In this document: positions 51,801-63,563 of the stretch, in pieces
How the letters are laid out: each line of letters begins with the position of its first letter
Position numbering within the stretch: the stretch's first letter is position 1
The notes under the pieces: generated by a model
Told to the model about the DNA's origin: nothing
The model's database searches: none
Seen by the model: the letters and a program-made list of their open reading frames with translations, nothing else
NCBI GenBank assembly: GCA_010093815.1
Contig: ML996576.1
DNA from: Pseudovirgaria hyperparasitica
Taxonomy: Eukaryota
Reading direction: 5' to 3' (one strand)
DNA length: 64,000 nt
Position numbers and translations under genes: made by a program

Positions 51801-54800
51801 CATCATGGTAGAGGTTTAGGTCACCACCCTCTCCTTGCCATCAAGACAACATATCAACGCGACGCGGACGCAATACTGCTGGTAAAGTGCCTGGGTTCTC
51901 CGATCTGGGAACGCCGGCTCCGAAACCTTTTCTTGGTAGCCTTAGGTATTAGTCTTGCTCCTCCCGTTCAATCCCTGGCATTTCCACCAGATATTCTCAC
52001 AGCTCTCCCGCTCGACCATGACTTGGGAGGCTTAAAAGAAGTCTTAAGCAGGGTTTGCCATCCCATCGATGCCCAACTTCATCACGCGTCATCCTGATTT
52101 CGTCGTACTATCGTCGCCGCTTTGCTTGACAGCAACGCTCTTCTTTGGAAGACTCGCGACTCAGAGACCCTTGCCTGAGAAGAACTTAAACTTTCCATAT
52201 CCGCCCGTCACCATGTGAGTGCTTCGCCACGCACAACAACAGCATGTTCGAGACTACAGGCTATTGGCTCACAGCTGACCCTCGTTTTTATTGTCAACAG
52301 CGTCTCCCTGCCAGAATTGTGTGTTTTCATATGATTATCGAAATGGTTCCATGTTACTAGATACTCATCGTGACTTTACCACTAGCTTGACTCGCGAATC
52401 GTTCGCCTTACCCTGTATGCTAGCCGTAAACAGGAACAATTGTTCCACTTCGGGCCTCATGAGTCGCCTTATGGCTCGGCATGCGAGAGCGATACCGATA
52501 GGTACGAATCTTGTATGTATGTGCACGGTAAGCAGCACTGTGCAGGAATTAACTTTAAATTTTAGTCAACCAACACATTCTCATCCGATATCAGTTATTT
52601 ATGCAGCGCTCGCAGGCCTTGAAAGCTGCTGGGTAATAAATACATGCTCGTATGATGGCATCAACAACTCGCTACCTATCAGAGGCCATAGTTCACTTCA
52701 GCCCACCCTATAAGGATTCTGATGTACCGACATCACGCCGCTGTGGGACCTAGAGTTCCGGTGGACTCGTCCTCGAAAGTAGGCACCATGCTGACAGGAA
52801 CAAGCAAAGAAATCGTGCAATTGACGCAACATGTAAAAGTTCTACTGGCTGAAGCTGTCAGCTGACTTGTGTGTCCTTCATCCCACGGCCTCGTATCTCG
52901 CGTTGCATCAATAAGCCGTTGCAGAGGTGTGGGCTGTATACGCGTTTTTCTAACGCTTCCCTGCCGTGCAACAATGCGTGGGGACGGATGGTCTCCCCGG
53001 CTTCTTCTTGACTCCTCTTCCCGTGTTCGCCCCGCCTACAGTGCTCTATCTACACGAAGCCTCACTTTTGACGGTGAACGACAAATTACAACGTCCAACA
53101 AATATTGGAGCAAAAGTCAGGGATATCGCCAGCAGCTCTTCAGTTTGGCAATCTGTTTTCACAGGCTACGGCTTCGACGAATGCATGGCAAACCTGCATG
53201 CCCGCCACTCTTGCAGCAAAATGATTTGACGATCGCTTCAATCTTGTCGTTCGAGACTACGACTCTATCGAGGTGAAGTATCGTAGGCAGGTAGCTTGCA
53301 AGGCAGCATCTATTGATCACGGTTCATCTATTCGTCGGAGACGCTGACTGGATTCCGAACCCGCAAGGGAAGAGCCGTACCTTAATCCCGCGAGATTTTT
53401 CAGCTGAAGCTTCGCCAATCACACTGCGTTTCGGCCATCAACAGTCAGCGCTGTTGTTCCCTCAAACTGCCTGTGGGCCTTGACAGGGCAAGACACTTTA
53501 ACCTATGACGTTACTCGTTTCCGCTGATAGAAGAATCAAATGGCTTGTTACCCCCATGGTATCGTGCAGACACGAATCCTTTTGCAGCGGTCAGCAATTG
53601 GCAATTGTAGTATGCAGGGGCAGCAAATTGCGCAAGGAACTGCAGTAGTAGCTGAAGATCCTAATGCTGATCTCTTATAGGAATCAATCGCATTCGGCAA
53701 GTGTCCGACATCGAACTGACATGTCCACAACGGTATTGTCCTCTCGTCTATAGGATTGCGCCAAAACTGGTTTACGGAAGTTGGGAGCTGCAAGTGCAAC
53801 ATGCCCGTCGGCCGTACCACTCTTTATCGTAGGGCTCGATGCACATCACGATTTACTTGTATTATGTCGGTTGCGAAAGAGGACCTCTACCACCGCAAAT
53901 TAGGCATGAAATGGACGTGTCGCTAATCTTGTTCGTAGATTGTTGGTCCTGGTAGTCGCATCCAAACTTCCTAGCAACGTTGGTGTCGCTGTACTGACAC
54001 GCAAGCAACAACACGAATAAATCGACTTGTCGTCTCACCTTATTGCAATGTCGTATGTGAACGAATGAGAAAGCAGCTCTTAAACAATATTGCCGGGAAC
54101 GCTATCGACCTTGGGAATTGGACGAAGACACCTCGATGGGCATTGCTGCACATGTCGGCACAGACATCGATGCATGCAGCAAGCAGCCTTCCCGACGTTA
54201 TGTATTCCCATCAGCAGCCCCCCGGGCTAACAAACAACTCTCCTATCGCTCCACAGGGCAGTCGTCATACTGCTCTACTGCAGCATGCAAGATGAGCTGA
54301 GGCCCTGCAGGCGGTCTCGCAAAAGGCCTCGCTTGAAAACTCAACACGACTGTGCAGAGTGTTTGGATGATGTGGCGCTGTGGCTGCCTCTAAAATTATC
54401 TCTGAGTGACAGTCAGAGACCTTCGACGAGGTATATTCTTATCGCAACTCGCCCTCATGATTTACACGTGGTCGCTCCTTGCGCCATACATAGTACTATC
54501 AGTATATATATATGACACCCGACGCGATTGCACAGACATATGGCATGTGGCCTTTGGACTAAAATACCAAATACCTCGACATTGACCAACTGAGTGCCTA
54601 TTAATCTTCTCATGGTTGCCTTCCCCGCGTGCGAAGGCGAGAACAGAACGATTTGACCAATGCCATTCACAGTGGCCGTCATCTCACATGAAAAATCTTA
54701 CTGCAAGTTAACCCCGCATTCTCCTCTTAGCTCCTGAAACTTAGCATATACGTACCTCTGCATGAATATTATTCGACCATTCGAAGCATGTTTAACTGTT

Positions 54801-56442
54801 TCGTCTGTGCTATTGGACAGCTGGAAGCCCGATGATTGTGGGCAGATTTCGCGAGGGTTGTTGCTGGTGATCACTGCATCTTACAGATTCATTCGCAGTA
54901 CACCACGGCAGTAGCTGCAGATTGGCTTCAGATTCGACACGACCAAGACTATTGCTCGTCGCTCCTCTGTCTCTCCCTCTTCAACTCTATCTCAGAATGA
55001 GATCCATTCAGCATCCAGCCAGTCTCCGAATACCCCAATGCTATGAGCATCACGTATATTAGATCCACACCCAACACCTAGAATGTCGGAACTACCATAG
55101 GCTTCCACAAAGCAGCAGAGGTCGTCAAGCCCTCTCATAATATCGCGTCATATTGGTCTAGTCGCTCCATGAAGATAATGATTACAATACAGAATCCAAG
55201 GCCCAAGAAGTTCGACTCGACATCGTCGTGCCCAAAACGACTTGGCGGCATTGCCGACGCCACGTTTCACGCCATGCATGTGTAAGTAAGTGTATGTATC
55301 TTCTGTCATCATACCAGCTTGATCACCACCATCTGATCTGTCGCCGAAAGCGAGGTGCGTCTTTCTCCGTCTGGTACCTGCCGACAGACCTACTAATTAC
55401 CCAGCTATTACCCAACAACTAGTCCCACGCCATCTCTACGCCACCATATTTTCAAATCTCTCAGAAGGGGGAGAAACAGTCTAGCAGCCGCTAGCGCGTT
55501 TCAGATTTCTTAGTCTCCGGACTAGCCTCTCTCGGCAGGTCTAGCTCTCGTGCTCTTTTCATTATTAGTTCCCGTCATTATTAGCTCCAAATGTTAGGTT
55601 CGCGAGAGCCCCGTTGTCGGCCGAATAAACAACCACTCTCCGTCGCTCTACTTACATACACAGTCTATACCAACATGTTGCATTCCAGAACAGCCCTCAT
55701 ACCAATTGTTCACCTCAGAGCTTCGTTGCGTGCTAGGTGTTTTCATGCCGATCATTCCCGTGGGATTGTTGCCAGGGTTGATGATATATATCGATACGAC
55801 TGCGATGCCATGCATTCCACGTCAGCGCTGTTTCATTACCTAGTCACGCCATCGCTCTGCACAGTATATGGGTTGAGAATAGCGCCGCTGCTATTATAGT
55901 TCGAGCTGTGATAGCGCCATTCTTATGCGTACTCACTGCTGCTGCTGCTGTGTGCTTGTATATCATCCCTTTCCGTCGTCCGCACGGATATGCGTGACAC
56001 ATACTTTGAGTGTTTTCACGCGGGCACGTGGAGCGAGCAATTAGTATTAGAGCCGCTCCGGAGGGAGGATCACCCTGAGTGATCTTGCGTTACTTTGCGG
56101 CTCCTCTTAAGCAATTTATGAATACTTGAATAGAATAGAACAGGTATGATCTGTGTCGGTCCATATACAATTGATCCGGGCTTGGAATGTGGAGCAACAA
56201 AATGTTCTGGTTCAGCTCTATATTCTGATTATGAACTCGTTTGGGATTTCTTGGCCTTTGGCCCTCCTTCTAAGTTGAGTTGGAACATATAGAAGAGGTA
56301 TAACTCATTGAACTGAAGGCAAGCTCTATATATCTGAATATCTCTAGATTTTATGTGTTGAAGTTGGAGATCCTTGAACGTTGTCCACGGATAGATGATT
56401 GTATTAGGTGTATATCCGTTTGATCATTATATGATATACCTA

Positions 56443-56542
56443 ATCTTCTCTATCTTCTCTATCTTCTCTATCTTCTCTATCTTCTCTATCTTCTCTATCT
56501 TCTCTATCTTCTCTATCTTCTCTATCTTCTCTATCTTCTCTA
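56443..56542. repeat. (ATCTTCTCT)n 9-bp satellite, about 11 copies
   Basis: Perfect 9-bp period inside an AT/TpA-rich patch. Confidence 0.95.
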
Positions 56543-57696
56543 GGAATCTCCTCTACTATACTAACATATAACTACCCAAGTAGGACCAGAAGAACCTCTA
56601 AAGCTAGTATGATAGTATATGATAGAAAAATATAGTCTACTTTTGTAACTAAGATTCATAAATAAAGACTACGCATTTACCCATGTAGATTAATCTGAAT
56701 GTAATTTATAACCAGAACTCATAGTCATGAAATGCATTTTCGCGAGGTTCGAGTTAAATTAGCTCAATCCAACGGATGCTTAACATTTAGATCCATTTGC
56801 TCGTTCGAAATTGTGGGCATGGTAGAATACCGGATCCTTTGGTATCCGACCGATGACATACCACGGACATGAGTTCCTATGAGGTCGGGGCAGATGAAAG
56901 GCATTAGGAGAATCTGCAGTCTCGAAAGAAGCGGGTCAAGGGATAAATGGGCTGGCGGTGAGCTTTCACAAGTCCACATGACCATCTTAAGGCAAAAAAG
57001 GACCGGGCATGACAGGAATCAGACAAACAATACGCACGCATGAGGTATTCTGGTGGCGTCGATAAGCAGTCCGATGGTGGGTTTGCAGTTGATATGCGTT
57101 AAAGTGGGGTTGACTGGGTGGCACCACATACCTTGGCAAGAAGGTGAATAAGCTGTTCGTAGCATGCAAGTGTCCGACTTAGCATAGAACAGAACAGGGC
57201 GAATTATGGAGATTGAATCGCGAGGCCTTGAGCAAGCAGGCTCTATTTAGGCAGAAGTGGGTTCGACACTCTTCGTTTCTATACGCTCATAGTAGGCACC
57301 GCCGGGCGAAATTAACAGCTTGGTGGTCGTTAGAGGAATACTGAAGGAAGCAGTGCCTTAGGAGATATATCGGTGTGAGACTATAGGGGCGGCGTCACTG
57401 TTCGAACAAACATGTCGACACGTCATACGTCCTATAGTAGTCAGCGGAACAGTATGCATTATGCATGTAGGTCATCAACCAATACACACAGTGCATTTTT
57501 CATTTCGATCTGTGTCAGTGCCTTGATTATTATTCTCCAAACAGAGTGCTATCACTCAAGTACAATACAGTCTTTTATCCTCTTTGCAAGTCAAAAAAGC
57601 AACACGACCAAGCCATCAAGATCCGGCTCAAATCTAAACTTATTCTCATTTTTGCTAAAAGAAGATCAAAAAAAAACTTTTCAACACTTATTTACC

Positions 57697-58542
57697 ATGG
57701 CCAACGCTCGGCTAGATCTCGACACTGATCAGCTTGCGCAGAATTATGAGGAAATAAACAAGATCTATCAGTTCCAGTCTGGTAAGATGCTAGTTGATAA
57801 ACTTGGAGACCTAACGGGTCTAAGAATCCTGGACCTGGGCTGTGGAACAGGAACTCTGACCATTCACTTTGCGAAGCTCGTTGGGCCTACTGGAAGTGTA
57901 AGTGGCACTGAGCCGCTGGCAAAAAGGGTCGCTCTTGGGAACGAGACAATTGCGGCTGAAAACAAGAAGCGAAAGGATGAGAGCAAGCACGAACTACATG
58001 TTTCTCTTGCAGTGGGCACCGCGGAGAATGCAGTGGGTATGTTCCCTGCTGGGAGCTTTGACATTATTTGCATGAACTCCGTGTTCCACTGGGTTCAGGA
58101 TCAAGCCGCTGCTCTCGCAGGGATCCGTAAGCTCTTGAACGAGAGCGGACGCCTTGCTATCTGCGGCAGCTCAAAGGAGCATTACCATCCTCAATCAGAG
58201 AAGAATAGGGTACTGGCAGGAGAGCGATATCGTGAGCATGTTCCTGGAGGTATTGCTCGTCTTTCCACAAGAAGCACTCTTCATTCACTCCTCCAGGACG
58301 CTAATCTACTGAGCCGAACGATTGATCTTGTTCCTTACGAGGTTACTTTTCCAAATTACGACAAACTTATGGAATTTGAGATGGCTAGTACTTTCGGAAA
58401 CTTCCTCGACTTCAGATTTCTGCCTGAAAACCTGAGAAAGCCTGCAGAGCTCGAGGTGATTGAGGCCTACCGCGCTCTCGACAAGGGTGCAGGGATTCCG
58501 ATGACTGTTACCTTGTTAATGACCATTGCGAAGAAGTTTTAA
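57697..58542 (+). CDS. Class I SAM-dependent methyltransferase, intronless
   Basis: Motif I ILDLGCGTG, plus FPAGSFDII, NSVFHWVQDQ and LLNESGRL. Start taken at ACC-ATG-G (57697). Confidence 0.88.
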   Translation: MANARLDLDTDQLAQNYEEINKIYQFQSGKMLVDKLGDLTGLRILDLGCGTGTLTIHFAKLVGPTGSVSGTEPLAKRVALGNETIAAENKKRKDESKHELHVSLAVGTAENAVGMFPAGSFDIICMNSVFHWVQDQAAALAGIRKLLNESGRLAICGSSKEHYHPQSEKNRVLAGERYREHVPGGIARLSTRSTLHSLLQDANLLSRTIDLVPYEVTFPNYDKLMEFEMASTFGNFLDFRFLPENLRKPAELEVIEAYRALDKGAGIPMTVTLLMTIAKKF

Positions 58543-59433
58543 TGGGCTAGTCGTTTCCATTGTTCTGTTTTTATTTGCCCATCTCGTCAAAGGTGCCGCT
58601 TCTCCTGTCTACTTCTAGATAGAGATATGTAGTTACACAGAGCAATTATTACAATAAGTTCAACTGTCCAGTCCCCAGAATAAGTATGCGGTCTAGAACC
58701 CCAGTAATTTCAAAATTTATAGCCACTGCCCCACTGATATGCAGTGCAGTAAGATGTCCCCGCGATTGAAAGGGACGTCCCGACCCTACGAGTACCCGAT
58801 CATGTGTATCGTCTCCATAGGTAGCCCTGTTGACCTGAGTGTCACATGAGTAATTTTTTGGCCCTCTGGGATTGCGTTCCTTACCAGAATGCCAAGTTTA
58901 TGGATTGCATTCGCACTTTGTAGGGGGAATTGATAGTACCAGAGAATCTAGCTATACAATCATCAACACATGACATCTATAGCTCTATAGGTACTCATTC
59001 AATAGTGTGGCCCAACTAGGACGGTTAATGACCTACTTTCCAGCGCCATCTCAAGTATGGTGACGTATAGATTCTTAGGCCGGTGTTGCCGTAGCCTTTC
59101 TCGGACTTCTGCGTACCAGCATTAATTACTGCCAGCTTAGAAAATGGCCAGAGATCTCTACTGCAGCCTCACCTCAATTTCTCTTTCGGAAGTTTACTCG
59201 CAGTCATTACTACCAGTCGTAGAAATGCTTGGATTGCAGTACATCGTGACTATGCAGACTCTACACGGAAGATTAGTAGTTGGGTTCATTCATGCTCACT
59301 ATTCTGAAGTATTTATGTGGTAGATTAGTATATATTGATGCCGAGTCACTACCAGATATACATTGTCCCACTCATTGTTACAAAAAGCTTTTCAAAACTT
59401 GTGGTTCGAGATAAACCATAGTTTGAACAAAGA

Positions 59434-60718
59434 ATGGTCAGTGCACGTCATATTCATGTTTGGTCTTATCCTTGTTAAAACCACGCAGGAAAGTCATACT
59501 ATCGGAGTCTACGGTGGTGGCGCGGTCACATTCAGATTGATAGACCACTTTGCTAGTCAGGGTCGTCACGTGTACTTCACCGCACACAGTGACCACAATA
59601 GCAACATTATGAAAGTCCAAAGGGACGGTTGCTTCACTGTAAAGCGATATTGTTCAACCGATGAGAACAAGTGGGAAGAGTATGTCGAGCATAGAGTTGC
59701 TAGTCTAGATGGACCACCTCTTGTTCAAAGCGCTCTGTCTCCTAAGATCTGGGCGACGACCGACCTTCGTAAATTGGTTCAGCAAACTTGCGACATATAC
59801 ATCTCGATCGTTTCCATAGGCGATCAATCTGAGAACAGCCACAAAGATGTCATTACACACTTTCTTGGGCTGGACATGGACCTTAGTCATTTGGTACTCA
59901 CAGCTGTCAATGCCCACGCATTTACTGTATTAGCTGAGCAGATGGGACTATTGGAGCGGGTCAAGATGATTATTGATCTTCCTGTTGGCCCTTATGCAAC
60001 CAGGAATGAACCGAACTCCTCTCCTCTTCATAATATCATGAAGGGTAAGAAGATTTGGTTACCCGCATCATACACGGTCTCCACGCGCATCAATGACAAC
60101 ATCGCACAACTTGTGGACCAGGGACATCAAGCTACTATTGGTATGCTCAAGATGGACATCATGCCTTTGTATAATGCTATCGATGCCTTTTTCAATCACA
60201 TGAACCCTGTTTTCCATGTTCCCATAGCCTACGCCAACATGTCCAGGATCGACAGCGGAGAATCCTGGACGTTCTACTTGAATGGCTTGACCGAAAGTGT
60301 GAAAAAGCAGATTCAAGCTTTCGACACAGATCGGCGGGCTGTTCTCAAGGCCCTGAAGTTCACTTCATCAACATTGACGACAACAGATTACTGTAACAAA
60401 GCTTACGGCGCTAATTACACGGGAGAGGATGACTTTGGGAAACGTACACCCGTCCACAACCGAACTTCTGGAGTGCCAACTAGTATGAACAAATACAGAT
60501 ACACGCTTGAGGATGGAAGGTGGTGCATGAGAGCAGCTGTTTTTGCAGAAGCGATTGGCGTCGAAGTTCTTACCATCAAAAGCTACGCCCAGCAGACCAT
60601 AAATTTGTTAGGGGAAGAAATGGTTGAAAGGAAAGATCAAATCATGACCGACTTCGGTATCAAGGGCTTGACTCAGTTCGAGGTACTTAGAAAGTATGGC
60701 AGGCATCCTGATAGATAG
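59434..60718 (+). CDS. Opine (octopine/nopaline) dehydrogenase-family protein
   Basis: N-terminal Rossmann start TIGVYGGGAV. C-terminal signature NHMNPVFHVP..ANMSRIDSG..TFY.NGLT..V...IQAFDTDRRAV..AL and P.SM..YRY.LED. Probable ATG at 59434 followed directly by an intron 59437-59488; alternative start is ATG 59457. Confidence 0.78.
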
Positions 60719-61158
60719 AATTATGTTAGTCAGTATCACGAATATATGAGACACTCAGATCTATCTTTTATTGTCTATTTCTCTTCTCTGGTCTTCTTAT
60801 GTAAAGAGGAGGTCATTTTTATAGAAGTACTACATAGCGACAATGTTTTGAATGAAGTGGCATTGACTACCACTAATCAAATAGTCATTTATCGAAAGAG
60901 ATAAGACATTCATTGCTAGTAAAGCAGATCATCCTTCACCTGACTATGTAACTTATGGTATCAATGACTGGTGTCTGCTGTAAGGATTCCTGTAGTACTT
61001 CTACGAGAGCACTGGCAGGGCTAAGGGATGGCAGGGTATCGCAATTCCAGGTATACAATTGAGGATGCCAGGATACGAACTCGGAATTATGGGAAATAAC
61101 CGCGTCCATTTATTTTGACCTATGTTGACTAGATAGCAGTTCATTCGCGTTTTCTACA

Positions 61159-62769
61159 TCATTCGGTCCTTCTATTCTTGATGTTGTCCTTGTCCGACAG
61201 GGGGTAATTGATAGTATTATCAGTACGGTCTAGCCCCTCCAAACCTGAACCCCCAAGTGATTTTGCAACCTATAATAGTCAGCATAGCCGAGTAAGCTTC
61301 TAGCTTTTTATAATTAGGCGTACCTGAGTGATCAGGCTCTTGTCTCCAACTGCGTCTGCAGTGACATCCCAGAATGCCACACCTCCTAGCCTGCTCTCGC
61401 GTACGAAATCTAATTTAGAGCTTATAGATTTGGCATTCTCATAGGACACCATCATCTGGCGGGTAGCATCATACGAGTATGCTGACTTAGTGGTGTCGTC
61501 CCACTCCTGTGAGGCACCTACCAATGGCATGTCCCGGCATGGATAGATGGTCTGCAGCCAATCATTCTCGAAAGGGCCAAATGAAGACCCCGGACCTTCG
61601 GTGTTATAGAAGCCGCGCCCATATAGCCCGATTCCGAGGTTTATCTTGTGCGGAGAAATTTTAACCACTTTAGAGTAATAATCGATTGCGTGGGCCACCA
61701 CGAAAGGAGTTGCAGAGCTCTGAAGAGTCGAGGGGTATAGGGGTGCGTTATGAATTGCAACGCTGGAATCGTCTGGCTTAGGGGCAGCACCATTGAACTG
61801 GTACCTATCTTCGATTAGAACTTTTCCTCAGCGTAAGGGGAGACATACGCCATAAGAGTCCAGTAGTCAACATATTGATCCATTTCAGTTATCTTCAGAT
61901 GTTTGTAGTTCTCTTCCTCTGAGGAAGGCATAAGCTTATTACAAGTATTTCACAAAGATGTACACACTTGGTGGAGCTACCACAGAGAGGGTGAGTTTGT
62001 TTGTATCAGCTTTGTGTGAATAGTCGTCGATAGCCTAATCAGTAGAATTAGAGCAGAACCTGAGACTGCGAAGTTTGATTACGTACCTGGCGAAACTCCT
62101 TTACTAACTCGACGTAGTTGGCCGCATCCACCGGGCCTTATAAATATTAGCAAATTATTAGAGCTGCATTGGATAGTATAGACAACCATCCGGAAATACC
62201 CATGCTAGGTCGATTCCTAACGCATTGTCAAAGCTAGTTATCAGATACCTCTCTTGCTGTACATACCATCCCATCCAAAGTTGTACATACAATGCATACA
62301 AGTTTGGACAAACTTAGTGCGTCTCCCTGGATTGGCCACTGCTTCTGACCAGTTACCAGAGAGTCGCCAGCCTCCAATTGATATGATCGCTTTAAGGTGA
62401 CGATACTTGCTCTTCAGGTCGACAATCTGCTTAACGTTACCAAACACGTTGTTGCCGTCCTGCTCAGAATCATCGCCCGGGAAGATTCGGTCGACATCCG
62501 CATACTTGTCATAGTGGTCACTTGAATTGGGTGAATAGGTTTGCACGCAGAAATGATCTTGGTGCACATACCACTGTCCATCATTCTGAATAAGAGCAAA
62601 GCCGTACACAAGATGTGTCAGGTTTTGAACATTCGTATCCGAAGGGACAAAAGCTTTGTCTGAGTAGCTAGCCTAGGATTTGTTAGAAACGTTGGTAGGT
62701 ACACTCGATCAGTATTAGCTTTACCCAACTCGGATAATACCCGATGACTCTAGACTTCTCGGCGTCCAT
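61159..62769 (-). CDS. GH18 chitinase-like protein with substituted catalytic motif and no obvious signal peptide
   Basis: About 8 short introns. Motifs GYYPSW, LTHLVYGFA, ISIGGW, WDGIDLAWVFP (canonical FDGxDxDWEYP), LMAYQF, KINLGIGLYGR, SYE and LGGVAFWD. Stop at 61159. Confidence 0.85.
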
Positions 62770-63320
62770 ACTTGACGAAGGAACTATTAAAGCAGCTACT
62801 GAAAAGCCTGACGTAATCTGTATGTTGCTTTACCTATGTGATGATTGATGAAGGGGAGGTATAGTATATCTATTTACAAATGGTACACTCTCAGTGTGAC
62901 TTGCACTTCATGAACTATGGAAGTCATGAGCTAGCTGCCTCATAAATTGGATCGATCTGACAATGTCTGTGCTTTACGTCATGTAATTGATGCAGTGCAC
63001 TCACATCCTATATATTTACTAAGTGTTGTCATGTATGCGATGTACTCGATACCTTCATTAGGCAGGTAGCAATACTCTCCGCATATATGTGCTGCCGGAT
63101 CTATAGATCGACAATACAGCGGTCCGCGGCATATGCACGAGTCGCAACATATGGGAGCGGTGCAACGTATGAATCGACAAGTTCGGAGTCCGGTGCCTGT
63201 TCTGCATATCGGGCCAGACCAGTCTATAGATCAGCACCGGGCACTCTATGTGGGAATACTCACATAGGTCTAACTTAGTCTGTCCATAGCTAGATACGAA
63301 ATACTGTAGATATCTATAAG

Positions 63321-63563
63321 ATACTGTGGGTACCGACATACTGTGGATACCTATCTTACACTGTGGATGCCTACGAAACCTTGCGAATACTTACCAGACA
63401 TTGTGGATACTTACCAGACATTGTGGATACTTACAAGACATTGTGGATCCTTACTAGACATCATTGAGACCTACTAGACATAATGGATACCAACTAGACA
63501 TAGTGGATACTTCCTAGATATAGTGGATACTCAAATCATAAGGTGGATACTTAAGAGACATTG
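63321..63563. repeat. Degenerate 20-bp minisatellite (~TTGTGGATACTTACCAGACA), about 12 copies
   Basis: Contiguous units with a conserved TGGATAC core and no unique spacers. Confidence 0.9.

Noticed and set aside
57412..57696. N-terminal extension of the methyltransferase ORF
   Set aside because: Looks like AT-rich promoter or 5' UTR. ACC-ATG-G at 57697 gives a normal-length enzyme.
57697..58542. Nicotianamine-synthase (CntL-like) identity for the SAM enzyme
   Set aside because: It has a standard DLGCGTG methyltransferase motif, not the GSGPLP-type motif of nicotianamine synthases.
63321..63563. CRISPR-like array
   Set aside because: Units are contiguous with no unique spacers, there are no cas genes, and the context is eukaryotic.
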